Assembly: GCF_013315695.1 (NCBI RefSeq) | Contig: NZ_CP054354.1 | Origin: Escherichia coli | Lineage (GTDB): Bacteria; Pseudomonadota; Gammaproteobacteria; Enterobacterales; Enterobacteriaceae | Reading direction: 5' to 3' (one strand) | DNA length: 64,000 nucleotides | Shown here: positions 36,843 to 46,652 of the stretch, in pieces | How the letters are laid out: each line of letters begins with the position of its first letter | Numbering within the stretch: position 1 is the first letter of the stretch | Made by a program: the position numbers and the translations under genes | Notes under the pieces: generated by a model | The model's input: the letters and a program-made list of their open reading frames with translations, nothing else | What the model was told of the DNA's origin: nothing | The model's database searches: none

Positions 36843-37310
36843 TTATTTCTTATTCTGTTTTCTCCAGGTCCATGGTGGTACCGGATTTTTATCTGCCCAT
36901 AATCCCCGCTTCAGGGCGCGGGCATCACGCTGGAGCGGCGGGAGAGTATAGTCATTATTGTAGTCCGGGTACACCCAGGCAGCGCCGTTACGGACCTGCC
37001 AGCGATTTGCTTCTGTGCCGTCAGCGGTATAGACCCGGCCGAGAATACGGCCATACCTGTCTGTCTGCGCGTATTGCACGGTTACGGGCTTTCCGGCCAC
37101 CAGGTCCTTCAGCTGAGTGGCTGACCAGCGTCCAAAGGGCTGTTTCTTTTCCGGTGCATCAATATTAGCCAGACGGACCCTGACAGGCTTTTTGTCCTGT
37201 AATATTTCCAGCGTATCACCATCAAGAACGCGGATGACGTGCCCCTGAATCTGTGCAGCACAGAGAGAAGCGGAAAAAATAATGGTGAGTGAAAAGATAT
37301 ATTTTATCAT
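36843..37310 (-). CDS. nuc: Secreted thermonuclease (micrococcal nuclease-like)
   Basis: 155 aa; signal peptide then VIRVLDGDTLEI...VRVRLANIDAPE, matching SNase active-site pattern; GGAG RBS. Confidence 0.85.
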   Translation of the reverse strand: MIKYIFSLTIIFSASLCAAQIQGHVIRVLDGDTLEILQDKKPVRVRLANIDAPEKKQPFGRWSATQLKDLVAGKPVTVQYAQTDRYGRILGRVYTADGTEANRWQVRNGAAWVYPDYNNDYTLPPLQRDARALKRGLWADKNPVPPWTWRKQNKK

Positions 37311-37412
37311 TTCATCGTCTCCTTTTTATTTATGAAAACAGGTGCAATTAATATTGCGAAATAATAACGTTCAGGTGTGTTTTTTTTGGCAGTGTGATAC
37401 TTCACGCAGGGC

Positions 37413-38093
37413 ATGAATTCCAGTACGCTGATATCCGTGATGATACGGCAACAGATATCCGGTGACGGTATGCAGGAACATATTGATTATCAGATTGAGA
37501 AATATCAGTTCAGGGCCAGGAATGAGTCACCGCGACTGATGCGCCAGTGGGAAGATGTCATGCGTGAATGCCGTGATACCGGAGCAGGAGCCAGGGAGCG
37601 GCTGCGGATTGCCTTACTTAATGTTGATTATGTGACCAGTTTTGAACTGCCGTTTCGTCTGCTGTTAACCCGGACACCGCAGATGATTGACAGCGTGCGG
37701 CGGGAATGGCAGCTCAGCCAGAAAAAAGTTGTATTCAATGAGCGGCAGCGGGGATGTGTATACAGTCTGCAGAATGACTTATCCGGCGTGCCGGATAGCT
37801 TCAGTTACAGTCTTGCGACGCGAATACGGCGGGCGGACAGCTATGGCATGACGACGCGTTGTTTCACTGATATAGCCGGGCAGGTTAAAGCCCCGACAGC
37901 ACGGCTGAAACTGGCGCTGGAAAGCGGGTTAATTGTCACCGCGCTGGATGGTCTGTTCTGGCTTGGTATTCAACGTATTGCCGCAGATGTGCAGCGGCTG
38001 CGTCAGTCCGGAATGACAATCATCACCCGGGATGTTGAGGTCTCAGACTCGCTGACCGGAACCACACGGGTTGTTTCCGGGTACAGCCTTTGA
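37413..38093 (+). CDS. Hypothetical protein (226 aa)
   Basis: Long ORF, no clear RBS at any candidate start; 3' end overlaps the convergent 38043-38294 ORF by 51 nt. Confidence 0.45.
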   Translation: MNSSTLISVMIRQQISGDGMQEHIDYQIEKYQFRARNESPRLMRQWEDVMRECRDTGAGARERLRIALLNVDYVTSFELPFRLLLTRTPQMIDSVRREWQLSQKKVVFNERQRGCVYSLQNDLSGVPDSFSYSLATRIRRADSYGMTTRCFTDIAGQVKAPTARLKLALESGLIVTALDGLFWLGIQRIAADVQRLRQSGMTIITRDVEVSDSLTGTTRVVSGYSL

Positions 38094-38294
38094 TTTATGC
38101 AACAAAGTATCGCAGCGTCGAATATGAGCTATGGCCAGATTTTTGTTAATCGTGGTTGTTGCAACATGTAAGGCGAATGACCACACTATTCTGGCACGCT
38201 CGTAATCATGCTGAAATTCTGCTTCCTGTCCTGCCGTGATGAGTTCCGACCAGGACATACGGCGAAGTGTATGTCTGTCAGTAATATCCGTCAT
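38043..38294 (-). CDS. Small putative regulatory protein (83 aa), possibly PerC-like
   Basis: GGAGGAGG upstream of ATG; YERARIVW...AIAHIRRC loosely recalls PerC-type motifs; weak assignment. Confidence 0.4.
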   Translation of the reverse strand: MTDITDRHTLRRMSWSELITAGQEAEFQHDYERARIVWSFALHVATTTINKNLAIAHIRRCDTLLHKSKAVPGNNPCGSGQRV

Positions 38295-38506
38295 GAGCTC
38301 TCAGCCTCCTCCTTCGTATTTCCGTCAGAAACACAAACGCCCCGCAGAGAAAATTCGCCAACATTCTCCTTTTTAATGGCGCGCAATGCATCGCGGCAGG
38401 CCCGTTCGGTATGAAAGGCCTGGCTGTGCACCGCCAGTGTGGGCTGACGGGCATCACCGGAAGAGACATTAAAGGGCGATGAAAGCCAGAAAATCAGTAG
38501 CCACAT
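38291..38506 (-). CDS. Hypothetical small protein (71 aa) with hydrophobic N-terminus
   Basis: GAGGTG RBS 6 nt before ATG; N-terminal MWLLIFWLSSPF. Confidence 0.5.
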   Translation of the reverse strand: MWLLIFWLSSPFNVSSGDARQPTLAVHSQAFHTERACRDALRAIKKENVGEFSLRGVCVSDGNTKEEAESS

Positions 38507-38509
38507 GCG

Positions 38510-38878
38510 TCACACCTCGTCCTTTTTATGCGGGTATCTGGACAGAATATTGAGCGCCTGTAATGGCGCTTCATGCATTTCACGGATACAACGGGCATCG
38601 GTGATATTTTCCCGGTAATGTGTGGTTTCCAGCATCATATGATGCATATGGAGCATCCGGGCCAGGGCTGCGCGGAGTTCTTCAATATGTTGTTCATGGG
38701 AATGCTGGCGGGGCTGTATCCGGCAGAGAGGGATAACCTCCACATCATCCGGGTGCGCGCGAAGCCACGCGTCAGTGACTGCAATGTCGTCAGTGTAAAA
38801 CCATGTGCCGGATGTCCCGTTGGCCAGAAAACGCATTTTCCAGGCTTCTGGGGTGGCGGTTGTGTTGTTATCTTTCAT
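38510..38878 (-). CDS. Hypothetical His-rich protein (122 aa)
   Basis: ATG at 38878 after GGTGG; ORF track start 38893 is upstream alternative. Confidence 0.5.
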   Translation of the reverse strand: MKDNNTTATPEAWKMRFLANGTSGTWFYTDDIAVTDAWLRAHPDDVEVIPLCRIQPRQHSHEQHIEELRAALARMLHMHHMMLETTHYRENITDARCIREMHEAPLQALNILSRYPHKKDEV

Positions 38879-39177
38879 GGTGCCACCACTCATTCAACAG
38901 GCTTAATGCTGTCCAGGCGCAGTCTGCTCAGACTGTCGTGGCTGCCACAGCGGCGTCCAGTGCTTTTGCTGTAGCACTCCTGCCCCCTGATACACCATGC
39001 CGTTGGCGTTTCGTAGAGGCTGACACGTCGGGTTTTATCTTTAATGATGAGAAGCCCGGTGTGAGTTTTTGTCTTTTTCATCGGTGGGGTACAAACGCAG
39101 AAATTTTGTTGTCATTACATCATCAGTTTTAGCCTGCAGAGACGCTGAAAAATCAGCGTTTTCAGACCCTGTTCAGG

Positions 39178-39420
39178 TTAGTGAATATTCTTGCCTGGCC
39201 TTTCGGCAATATCAATCCCCTGAAGTTGCATGGATATCCCATGCCCATTGAGCATCTGGCTGTCCATGGAATGGATACCGCATGTCATCATCAGGTTGTA
39301 ACAAAGCGTACTCAGCATGGCGAGTGCCTCTTCTGAGGATTTACAATGTGTGTTCATAAGGGCCAGAAACTGCTCAACAACATCCGGGTTAATGCTGGTA
39401 CTGTGTATTTCATCCTTCAT
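39178..39420 (-). CDS. Hypothetical small protein (80 aa)
   Basis: AAGGA RBS 6 nt before ATG at 39420; ORF track extends to 39498 without RBS. Confidence 0.4.
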   Translation of the reverse strand: MKDEIHSTSINPDVVEQFLALMNTHCKSSEEALAMLSTLCYNLMMTCGIHSMDSQMLNGHGISMQLQGIDIAERPGKNIH

Positions 39421-39749
39421 GATGTGTCCTTGTTTTTTATTATTTTGCATTTCAGAAAATAACACGATGCCTGCAGCCCGGAAAACAGATGTGTGCACAC
39501 GTAGTCACTTTCCGGCTTTATTTCTGTCCCTGACACAAAATACGTGGTGGCATGAAAAGGATTGTGGCGGACTGGAAAACGATTAGAATAGCGGCGGGCG
39601 CTTGAGGCTGTATGCCGAAAGCGTTTTGTGGACGGCATGTAGCAGAAAGCCCCAGGCGATTTTTTTATCAATCAACCCAGGGCCCACTGTAATGCCTCAA
39701 CAACATTATAGTAGCCCGATGACGGCCGAAAGGCAATGGAGGGGCTGCG

Positions 39750-39902
39750 ATGCCACAACGAACGTTTTTAATGATGTTAATCGTCGTCTGTGTGACGATA
39801 CTGTGTTTTGTCTGGATGGTGAGGGATTCGCTTTGCGGATTTCGTATCGAGCAGGGAAATACGGTGCTTGTGGCAACGTTAGCCTACGAAGTTAAACGTT
39901 AA
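39750..39902 (+). CDS. Hok/Gef-family type I toxin (PndA-like, 50 aa) with overlapping mok-like frame
   Basis: MPQRTFLMMLIVVCVTILCFVWMVRDSLCGFRIEQGNTVLVATLAYEVKR fits the Hok pattern (...R.SLC....G...V.A.LAYE.K); overlapping ORF 39692-39895 ends 7 nt before the hok stop, as mok does; below the ORF-track cutoff. Confidence 0.7.
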   Translation: MPQRTFLMMLIVVCVTILCFVWMVRDSLCGFRIEQGNTVLVATLAYEVKR

Positions 39903-40039
39903 CGGGCAACACGGCGGTAGAGAATCTGCCGCCGGATTGTTGCGAAGGCTGACCTCAATGCGCCTTGTTTGTCTTTTTTACCGGACGACTGCTGGTTGCT
40001 GCTGTCCGGCAGCTATTATTTTTTCCGTCCTGTGCGTCA

Positions 40040-41626
40040 TCAATTATGACAGTCGCTCTCATTTAGTTGTCTCTGGTTAGATGTATTATTAGATATTTTC
40101 GGGGTAATTCGATAAAAGTTATCCACTTCAGCACCAGACTGAATGATATATGCAATAAGATCTAAACGATGAATCTCGTATCGTGTACGTAACTCCATCA
40201 TTTCACGCCATGCTAAAATCCTTGATGTTTTCAGTTCAGCCTCTATAAGTTTCCATGTGTTTGTTGAGATGGCATGTTCTTCCAGCTGACGTAACGAGAA
40301 CCTATCACTAATGACCAACCATCCCCATCCTCGAGTATGTGCCCATTTGCGACCTGCATTACTTTTTATTCTCGTGAGACTCAAGGTCATTCGGTCTGTT
40401 GGCTTCACTTCCATAAGTAGGCACCGACCATCAACTGTCGCAATGAGTAAATCTGGATAGTATTTTTTTGATTTGTTTTTAAAACAATATGGAATAGAAA
40501 ATGGTTGTTCTTGATAGAAAAGAACCTGATCGCAACATTCTAATAGATTCATTATTTTAAACTCAAGCCCTGATTCGTACTGGACTGTACGACCTAATTT
40601 TTGAGAGTAAAAGAATCCAGATATGTCAGTATCATTAACCGCTCTCTGTGAACATAGCTGTTCTACGGGGGGAGGAGGTGCGATATATTTTGGCCAATGT
40701 GTATTGTCTAGCCATTTACTGAATATGAACTCAACTCTTTCTTTCTTGATTCGGGCTCTTTCCTGAGCGCGAGCGTGTGCTAATTCTGCTCTTCGTTCAC
40801 GTAACCTCTGCTTTTGTAATTGTGATATTAATGAGAGCGAACTTTTTATTTCATCTCGTCTTGCTTTAGGAATGCCTGCGGTAAAAATAATGAATTTGGC
40901 GGCTAAGTCAGAGGATGTAACGAAATCCCGATGAACAATACGATAAATCCATACTGCTATATCATATGGTGAATTACCTATTGAGTTAATAAGGGCTTTA
41001 AGGCAAGCTCCAGGTGTCCCTTCATAGCGAGATTTAGCAGCTAGTAAGCCAAGGGCTCGTTCCTGAAGTTGTCTTACCCTTTCACGGGAAATTCCTAATT
41101 TGACGGCAATATCTGCCAGAGAATGAGGTGAATCATCTGTGCCGAGTCGCATTAGAAGAATATATTGATGTCGTTTATTAGATAAACTTTCGATAGCAGA
41201 ATGAATTAGCATAATGACATCATGTTCATCGGCTATATAATCTTTAAAATCTGTATTGGGTTGGCAGAGGGGGAGTGGGGTATTTTGTTTAAAACTATTC
41301 TTTTGTATTTCAACTTTATCATGAGCAATTGTTTTTGCAGTGCTCAATGATATTAAATTATTGATGATACTATTGTGTTCTTGGCGAGGAATCTTGTTGA
41401 AGTAATTGCTGAGATCATTCACCGTGTTTATATCGTTGAACTCAAGAAACTCAGAAGGAAGCAGGCGTTTGATTGCTCCACGTATTCCCCCGGACGATCG
41501 TTGATGTGTTTGAGTAAGTTTTTTTAGCGAGACGCCCTCCGCTATGGATACGAGAAGACGCTGTAACTCTTCAGTATTCCATGGAGTACCATGTCGTGCT
41601 GGAAAATTGCTGCGGGATTCAGACAT
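40040..41626 (-). CDS. AT-rich multi-domain protein: Myb/SANT-like N-terminus, sigma-70 region-4-type HTH, C-terminal TnsA-like PD-(D/E)xK endonuclease (528 aa)
   Basis: GTPWNTEELQRLL (SANT-like W..EEL), SLADIAVKLGISRERVRQLQERALGLL (sigma r4/LuxR-type HTH), QYESGLEF...YYPDLLIATVDGRCLLMEVKP (E...PD...EVK nuclease core). Domain calls by eye. Confidence 0.65.
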   Translation of the reverse strand: MSESRSNFPARHGTPWNTEELQRLLVSIAEGVSLKKLTQTHQRSSGGIRGAIKRLLPSEFLEFNDINTVNDLSNYFNKIPRQEHNSIINNLISLSTAKTIAHDKVEIQKNSFKQNTPLPLCQPNTDFKDYIADEHDVIMLIHSAIESLSNKRHQYILLMRLGTDDSPHSLADIAVKLGISRERVRQLQERALGLLAAKSRYEGTPGACLKALINSIGNSPYDIAVWIYRIVHRDFVTSSDLAAKFIIFTAGIPKARRDEIKSSLSLISQLQKQRLRERRAELAHARAQERARIKKERVEFIFSKWLDNTHWPKYIAPPPPVEQLCSQRAVNDTDISGFFYSQKLGRTVQYESGLEFKIMNLLECCDQVLFYQEQPFSIPYCFKNKSKKYYPDLLIATVDGRCLLMEVKPTDRMTLSLTRIKSNAGRKWAHTRGWGWLVISDRFSLRQLEEHAISTNTWKLIEAELKTSRILAWREMMELRTRYEIHRLDLIAYIIQSGAEVDNFYRITPKISNNTSNQRQLNESDCHN

Positions 41627-41832
41627 GATTTTATCTTTATGTTTTCTAGGTACTGCCTTGAGTGTGTGGATATGATAATTATTTGTAATGATATTGTTAT
41701 CTTTTATAGATAACTGATATGCAGAATTGTATTGATTTTGTCTACAGTGGGCAAGACAGTGCTAAGAATTTGTGGGGAAAACATAGAGACTCCATGCGGC
41801 GTCCTGAGATAGACGGCAGACAGGCATTCTGC

Positions 41833-41867
41833 CTGAAAAGAAAAAGCCGGTTCAGAGAAAACCGGCT
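41833..41867 (-). terminator. Rho-independent terminator after the excA-like gene
   Basis: Minus strand: agccggttttctctgaaccggct followed by ttttt. Confidence 0.5.
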
Positions 41868-41899
41868 GACGGATTATCGTCTAACAGTTGATAGCTACC

Positions 41900-42553
41900 T
41901 CAAAATACTTCTGCAACAGGAACACCGGCAACTTTTTCCCACTCTTTAACCCGATACCGGATCATCTGTGGGAAACGTTCCTTGTACTCATATCCACGTG
42001 CAGCCATGGTGTGCATGGTGTTGGCCAGCGTCCTTGCTGAGATGCCGGAGATCTCAAGAGGAATCATCGGCAGACTCACATAGGTGGTGTGGATTTCCAG
42101 CTTGCCGTCTTCAGCAACCGTGCGGGTAAAGTTGTGAATATCCAGACCAATCACATCCATCACATTGTTTGGATAAATACGCACATACAGCATGGTGCCG
42201 TTTTTAATGTCGATCCCGAAATAACAACTCTTCGAGAATGACAGTTGCTCATAATCGCTGGTCGGCGCAAAGGGACTGCTTTCTTTTATCTGCTGAACAA
42301 CCTGCTGGACTTTCTTTTTCTTCGCTCTGGTTTTCATATATAGCCAGAGTGATGGGAGTATTAATAGGAGCCAACTGCCATAAGTATATAGATATGCTTG
42401 AATATCTGTTTCTATATATGGTTCTGTAAGCATCATACCGGTAAATCCTAGAGAACATAGTAATAAAAAAGGAACACCAAATATAAAATAAGCAGTGCGG
42501 ATAAGGTAATAATATGCCCACCAGGAAGGATATCTGCTTTTTGTTGTGTTCAT
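41900..42553 (-). CDS. Putative entry-exclusion inner-membrane protein (ExcA-like by position)
   Basis: 217 aa, two N-terminal transmembrane segments, GGAGG RBS; lies directly downstream of traY where I-type plasmids carry exc; AT-rich; sequence itself not recognised. Confidence 0.45.
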   Translation of the reverse strand: MNTTKSRYPSWWAYYYLIRTAYFIFGVPFLLLCSLGFTGMMLTEPYIETDIQAYLYTYGSWLLLILPSLWLYMKTRAKKKKVQQVVQQIKESSPFAPTSDYEQLSFSKSCYFGIDIKNGTMLYVRIYPNNVMDVIGLDIHNFTRTVAEDGKLEIHTTYVSLPMIPLEISGISARTLANTMHTMAARGYEYKERFPQMIRYRVKEWEKVAGVPVAEVF

Positions 42554-42640
42554 AATAAACCTCCATATTCACCTGAATGTATTTTAATCTCTTCAGGTGA
42601 ATATGGCAATGGTGTTTTAGTGGTTTTTCGATATTTTCAT

Positions 42641-44806
42641 TTATTGTTTTATTCCGTCTTTATCATCTCTATTAATATTTTTCAGTTTTTCTTCACGAAC
42701 GCCAGGTGTTCTGCGCATATTGGTATTACCTCCGGCAATAATATCTTTGACTGAAGAAACCATATTCCCCAGCATATTAACACCGTCACGTCCGCCCAGA
42801 AAATTAATTACATGGTCAGGCAGATAAGCCTGAAGCGCAAAAACGGCTGCAACCAGTGTGGTACAGGCGCGGGCATAAATCATCAAAAATCCCGCCATGC
42901 TGAACACACCCGTCACAGAGTTTATCTGGACATTCATCAGTGCAGCAGCATACAGCGCATTCAGGATTGTGCCGCCGGCCACGATGGCGACTGATGCAAA
43001 AAAGAACCCGAACACCATCAGCAGCGGTCTGATCATGCTGTCTATCAGGTAGATGTAACCGTAAGCGGCTCGGCTTCCCCGGTCCTGACTTGTTCCCAGA
43101 TGGGTGGCGGCCCACAGGGGGCCAGCAGCACATCCAATCAGTACGCTGACTATCCAGTTGCCGATGCCGGTCATCCAGAAGATAAACGGGATAAACGGCA
43201 GGTAAATGGATAACGAAAAACCGGCACAAAACAGCAAAAACAGCAGGAAGTAGAGTGGTGGTGCGGATGCTTCCAGAAAAGCCTTTGCGGCGTCAGATAA
43301 TCCGCTGACGGCATTGACCAGTCGACCAAAAACGGAGTTGCTGCCGGCCGTGGAAAGTACCCTGACGGTGGTATAACCCGCCCAGATGGTTTCGGTCGTA
43401 ACCATGGTGTAATCGCCAATGTTTTTCATTTTTATCAACGGATTTAGTTGATTAGTTGTGGTACCTGTACCGCTCAGATAAGTGGCTGTCCAGTTAGTCA
43501 TTCTTGTTAGGTTAAACCCAATCAATTTTAAGATTGCTGATTGAGGGTCTTGAGTTTTAGATGCGTGGTATTCACTGGCAGAGGTGGCGGTTCCCAGTGC
43601 AGGAGTATACGCTGAGTTCTGCAGCTGTGCCTGGTAAGCCCCCTTGACTTCCTTCAGGAATTCCGTATCCCCGGCTTCGCCCAGTGACGAGACGCCACTC
43701 ACTGTAGGAGCACGGTCGGCCAGTTCAGCCAGTCGCTGGTTGGCGGTGGCAAAGGTCTGGTACCAGGCGCCCAGGGCAACCCAGCCGTAGGTGGTCAGGT
43801 AGGATTTCAGCTGCTCCCTGCGCTCAGTTTCTGCGTTATCTGCCGGCAACGCCTTCTGCACCGTTTCTTCATACCGGTTGGCTGCCTTCTGAATACGGCT
43901 TTCAATATCCGGCAGGTTGCCGTTACCCGTGTCGCGCCGGGTCCGGTATGCCGACACAAATTCCTGCGCCGCGCTGTCCAGGTCACGGAGCATGGTATCC
44001 ATGGCGGAGCGCTGTGCCGTCAGAACCCCCTGATATTCCGTTTCAATGAAGGGATTGAAAAAATGGGCCAGCGCGGACTGCTTGTTACTGCCGTTTCCTT
44101 TCACGGAGAGACTCACACTCCCGCAGGTGGCGCTGCCATTTGAGACGGTGACGGTATATCTGCCATTCTCTGTCCGTGAGGATTCGCTCATGGGCGGCGT
44201 TGATGAACGTGCGGTACGGTTAAAGTCATCGAGGCCCGTATTCATGGCGTGTTTGCACAGTTCCATCTCCAGAATTCCCCGTGCTGCCGTGCGGGTGGAG
44301 ACATGTACTGGCTGTACGGTCATTGAATAGCCTTCAGCAATGTTTTCTGCCGCTGTCTGAACCATGATATTGGCGGAACCGATGCCCATGATGGATGCGC
44401 CCCACAGCATGACCAGTTGCGCCAGACTCCAGCCGGAAGCGGTGGGCACAATCATCAAAAATCCACTCACGACACTGAGTATGCCGACGACGTCCCGTCC
44501 GTTGTTAAAGACACTGCCCTGGTGTCCCGTGCGGACAGCATGACGGATACCAATAAACAGAAACCAGACTATCCCCATCGTGGCGATAATTGCGTTAAAC
44601 ACCATGAACAGGTTGCCAATGATGGTGTTGCTGCTGGCTGTCAGGGGATTTGTGACCACATCACCAAAAATGGTGACCAGTGCCTGGCGCGACAGGTCAT
44701 CCGGATTGGTGGCGGCACTCACAATGTCCTGATAGGTGACGAAAGCCTGTGCAGGTACGGCAGCCAGCGCCAGACCTGCACTCAGTGCTCTGGGTATGAT
44801 TTTCAC
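42641..44806 (-). CDS. traY: TraY, polytopic inner-membrane T4SS protein (DotA-like)
   Basis: 721 aa, signal peptide plus many transmembrane segments; GTG start 5 nt after GGAG. Confidence 0.8.
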   Translation of the reverse strand: MKIIPRALSAGLALAAVPAQAFVTYQDIVSAATNPDDLSRQALVTIFGDVVTNPLTASSNTIIGNLFMVFNAIIATMGIVWFLFIGIRHAVRTGHQGSVFNNGRDVVGILSVVSGFLMIVPTASGWSLAQLVMLWGASIMGIGSANIMVQTAAENIAEGYSMTVQPVHVSTRTAARGILEMELCKHAMNTGLDDFNRTARSSTPPMSESSRTENGRYTVTVSNGSATCGSVSLSVKGNGSNKQSALAHFFNPFIETEYQGVLTAQRSAMDTMLRDLDSAAQEFVSAYRTRRDTGNGNLPDIESRIQKAANRYEETVQKALPADNAETERREQLKSYLTTYGWVALGAWYQTFATANQRLAELADRAPTVSGVSSLGEAGDTEFLKEVKGAYQAQLQNSAYTPALGTATSASEYHASKTQDPQSAILKLIGFNLTRMTNWTATYLSGTGTTTNQLNPLIKMKNIGDYTMVTTETIWAGYTTVRVLSTAGSNSVFGRLVNAVSGLSDAAKAFLEASAPPLYFLLFLLFCAGFSLSIYLPFIPFIFWMTGIGNWIVSVLIGCAAGPLWAATHLGTSQDRGSRAAYGYIYLIDSMIRPLLMVFGFFFASVAIVAGGTILNALYAAALMNVQINSVTGVFSMAGFLMIYARACTTLVAAVFALQAYLPDHVINFLGGRDGVNMLGNMVSSVKDIIAGGNTNMRRTPGVREEKLKNINRDDKDGIKQ

Positions 44807-44880
44807 GGTAACTCCGGAACCGAAGGGGATGCCCGGGCATCAGCCCCCGGAATGAGGAAAAGAAATTGCAGACCGGACAG

Positions 44881-45450
44881 TCAGTACTGCCGGTGGGTAA
44901 TGGCCAGCCATGTGGCCTGTTTCCAGCCGTGCCGGGCCTGCAGGTAATCGGGGAATGTGCCCTGTTCGTCCTCGCTGACCCGACGTTCATTCAGCTGCCA
45001 GAGGCGGTATGACGCAATCAGGGCTTTTGAGGCACACAGTGCTGCAATGGTGCTCATCAGTAACAGGCAGACCAGGATACGTATCAGGGTGATGACCGGC
45101 AGTGCGGTGGCCGCAAGGGCCATACCACACAGCAGAAGTACCGGTATCATCATCAGCCAGAATCCTGTCCGCCAGAACATCCTGCGACGTCGCAGACGCC
45201 GGTCCAGTTCGTCGACCGTCAGTCCGCTGGCCCTGACCGCTTCCTCCCAGGTCATACAGACCGGACTCTCCGGTTGCCGGTCGGGCATGAGGCGCTTCAG
45301 GCGCGTTTTATGCTGGTCCAGCATATGGCGGCAGCTGCGCAGCATCCAGCGGGTTTCGGCCAGTGGTGCGAACAGATTTATCCCTATATCACCGATGCGG
45401 CGGAGACGGGGGGCCGGTTTTTTTTCGTCGATGCTGTTGTCGTCTTTCAT
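44881..45450 (-). CDS. traX: TraX, membrane protein
   Basis: 189 aa with two central transmembrane helices; assigned by synteny between traW and traY. Confidence 0.6.
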   Translation of the reverse strand: MKDDNSIDEKKPAPRLRRIGDIGINLFAPLAETRWMLRSCRHMLDQHKTRLKRLMPDRQPESPVCMTWEEAVRASGLTVDELDRRLRRRRMFWRTGFWLMMIPVLLLCGMALAATALPVITLIRILVCLLLMSTIAALCASKALIASYRLWQLNERRVSEDEQGTFPDYLQARHGWKQATWLAITHRQY

Positions 45451-46652
45451 CTTACGCTCCCCTGGCTCATGGCCTGTGACAGTTCGCCAAGGCGCTGTCC
45501 GTAATACTGCCGTGCGGCCAGCGCAAGTTGCTGCCCGGCGATAACGTTACCCTGACGAATCTGCTCTTTCAGATCGTTCATCTGCCAGTTCAGCAGGGCG
45601 GTGGTGCGCAGCAGCTCACGGAGAAGGTTATCGCCTTCCATGCCCTGCAGATCCTGCTGCCAGTCGGTGTTGGCATACCGTCTGCCGGCTTCAAAGGCCT
45701 CAAACTCCCGCTGGCTCATGTGGCCACGGGTGCGGGCTTCTGATGATGCGGTCCGGTCAAAATATGCCGCAGCTGACGGTGACTGCAGGGCTTCAGTCAG
45801 TGCCCCACGGGTGGCTTCATTAGGGGTACTGTCAGCAATCAGTGACAGCTGCGGATGAGAGGCGGCATCGATGATGCCGTTGTATTCATTCTGCAGGCCC
45901 ACATACGTGCGCCCGGTCTGTGTGCCCACTTCTCCTTTCCCCGGGGCACGACCCGCTGACGGTCTGGCGGTGTTTTTCATATAAGCCGTCGCGGCATCAA
46001 TCTGTTTCTGATCCCAGGTGAGAGCGGCCGGGGTATCTGCTGTGCCTGCGCCCTGATAGAGCGATCGTACCTGGCTGTCTCCGCCCGGCAGATCGCCCAC
46101 GGCAGGGCAGACATCAGTTCCGCCAAAGCGGGCATACTCCGCTTCCGTGCAGTAACCGGCGTGGATGCCGGCACTGTCATACGCCTCGCGGACCGGGGAG
46201 TCCGCAGCCCGGGAGAGACGTTCCCGGATGGGTTTACTGCTGACCCCTCCCCCCTGACTCAGACGTGCCGCTGCAGACGCTGCTGCCCGGCGGCTTTCTG
46301 CTGCAATGCCGGACGCGGATTCACTGCAGATGGAGTCCGGCACGCTGAAGCTTTTCCTGGCCTCCTCGAGGCGGTGTGTTTCATTACTGAATATCATCTG
46401 CTGACGGGTGGCCTGCCCGTCCTGGGCAATGACGGTGGCCAGTTTTTCTGAGTTCTGGGTGATGGCTGTGCCGGTGGCCGTCTGCATACGGACCATTTCC
46501 TCCATGATGCCCTGTATGGTGGCCAGCTCCGGCATGATCTGTCGGGTGACGGGCTGACTGGACACAACATTCACAGAGTAGGCATGGGTGGCAGGGATAA
46601 CCGCACAGCCTACAAGGAGTGCAAGCAGTGTGGTTGCAGATTGTCTTTGCAT
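45447..46652 (-). CDS. traW: TraW, lipoprotein
   Basis: ATG at 46652 with GGAG RBS gives MQRQSATTLLALLVGCAVIP (lipobox LVGC); ORF track starts further upstream at 46757. Confidence 0.65.
   Translation of the reverse strand: MQRQSATTLLALLVGCAVIPATHAYSVNVVSSQPVTRQIMPELATIQGIMEEMVRMQTATGTAITQNSEKLATVIAQDGQATRQQMIFSNETHRLEEARKSFSVPDSICSESASGIAAESRRAAASAAARLSQGGGVSSKPIRERLSRAADSPVREAYDSAGIHAGYCTEAEYARFGGTDVCPAVGDLPGGDSQVRSLYQGAGTADTPAALTWDQKQIDAATAYMKNTARPSAGRAPGKGEVGTQTGRTYVGLQNEYNGIIDAASHPQLSLIADSTPNEATRGALTEALQSPSAAAYFDRTASSEARTRGHMSQREFEAFEAGRRYANTDWQQDLQGMEGDNLLRELLRTTALLNWQMNDLKEQIRQGNVIAGQQLALAARQYYGQRLGELSQAMSQGSVR

Noticed and set aside
38890-39081. 63-aa minus-strand ORF as a fifth gene of the small-gene cluster
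   Set aside because: No RBS upstream of its ATG and it overlaps the promoter-proximal region of the 38510-38878 gene; left uncalled.
39602-39895. 97-aa plus-strand ORF treated as an independent protein
   Set aside because: Reinterpreted as the mok-like overlapping reading frame of the hok-type toxin rather than a stand-alone gene.
40040-41626. Tn7-like transposon, because of the TnsA-like domain
   Set aside because: No TnsB/TnsC/TnsD homologues or terminal repeats nearby; the protein carries extra HTH domains absent from TnsA.
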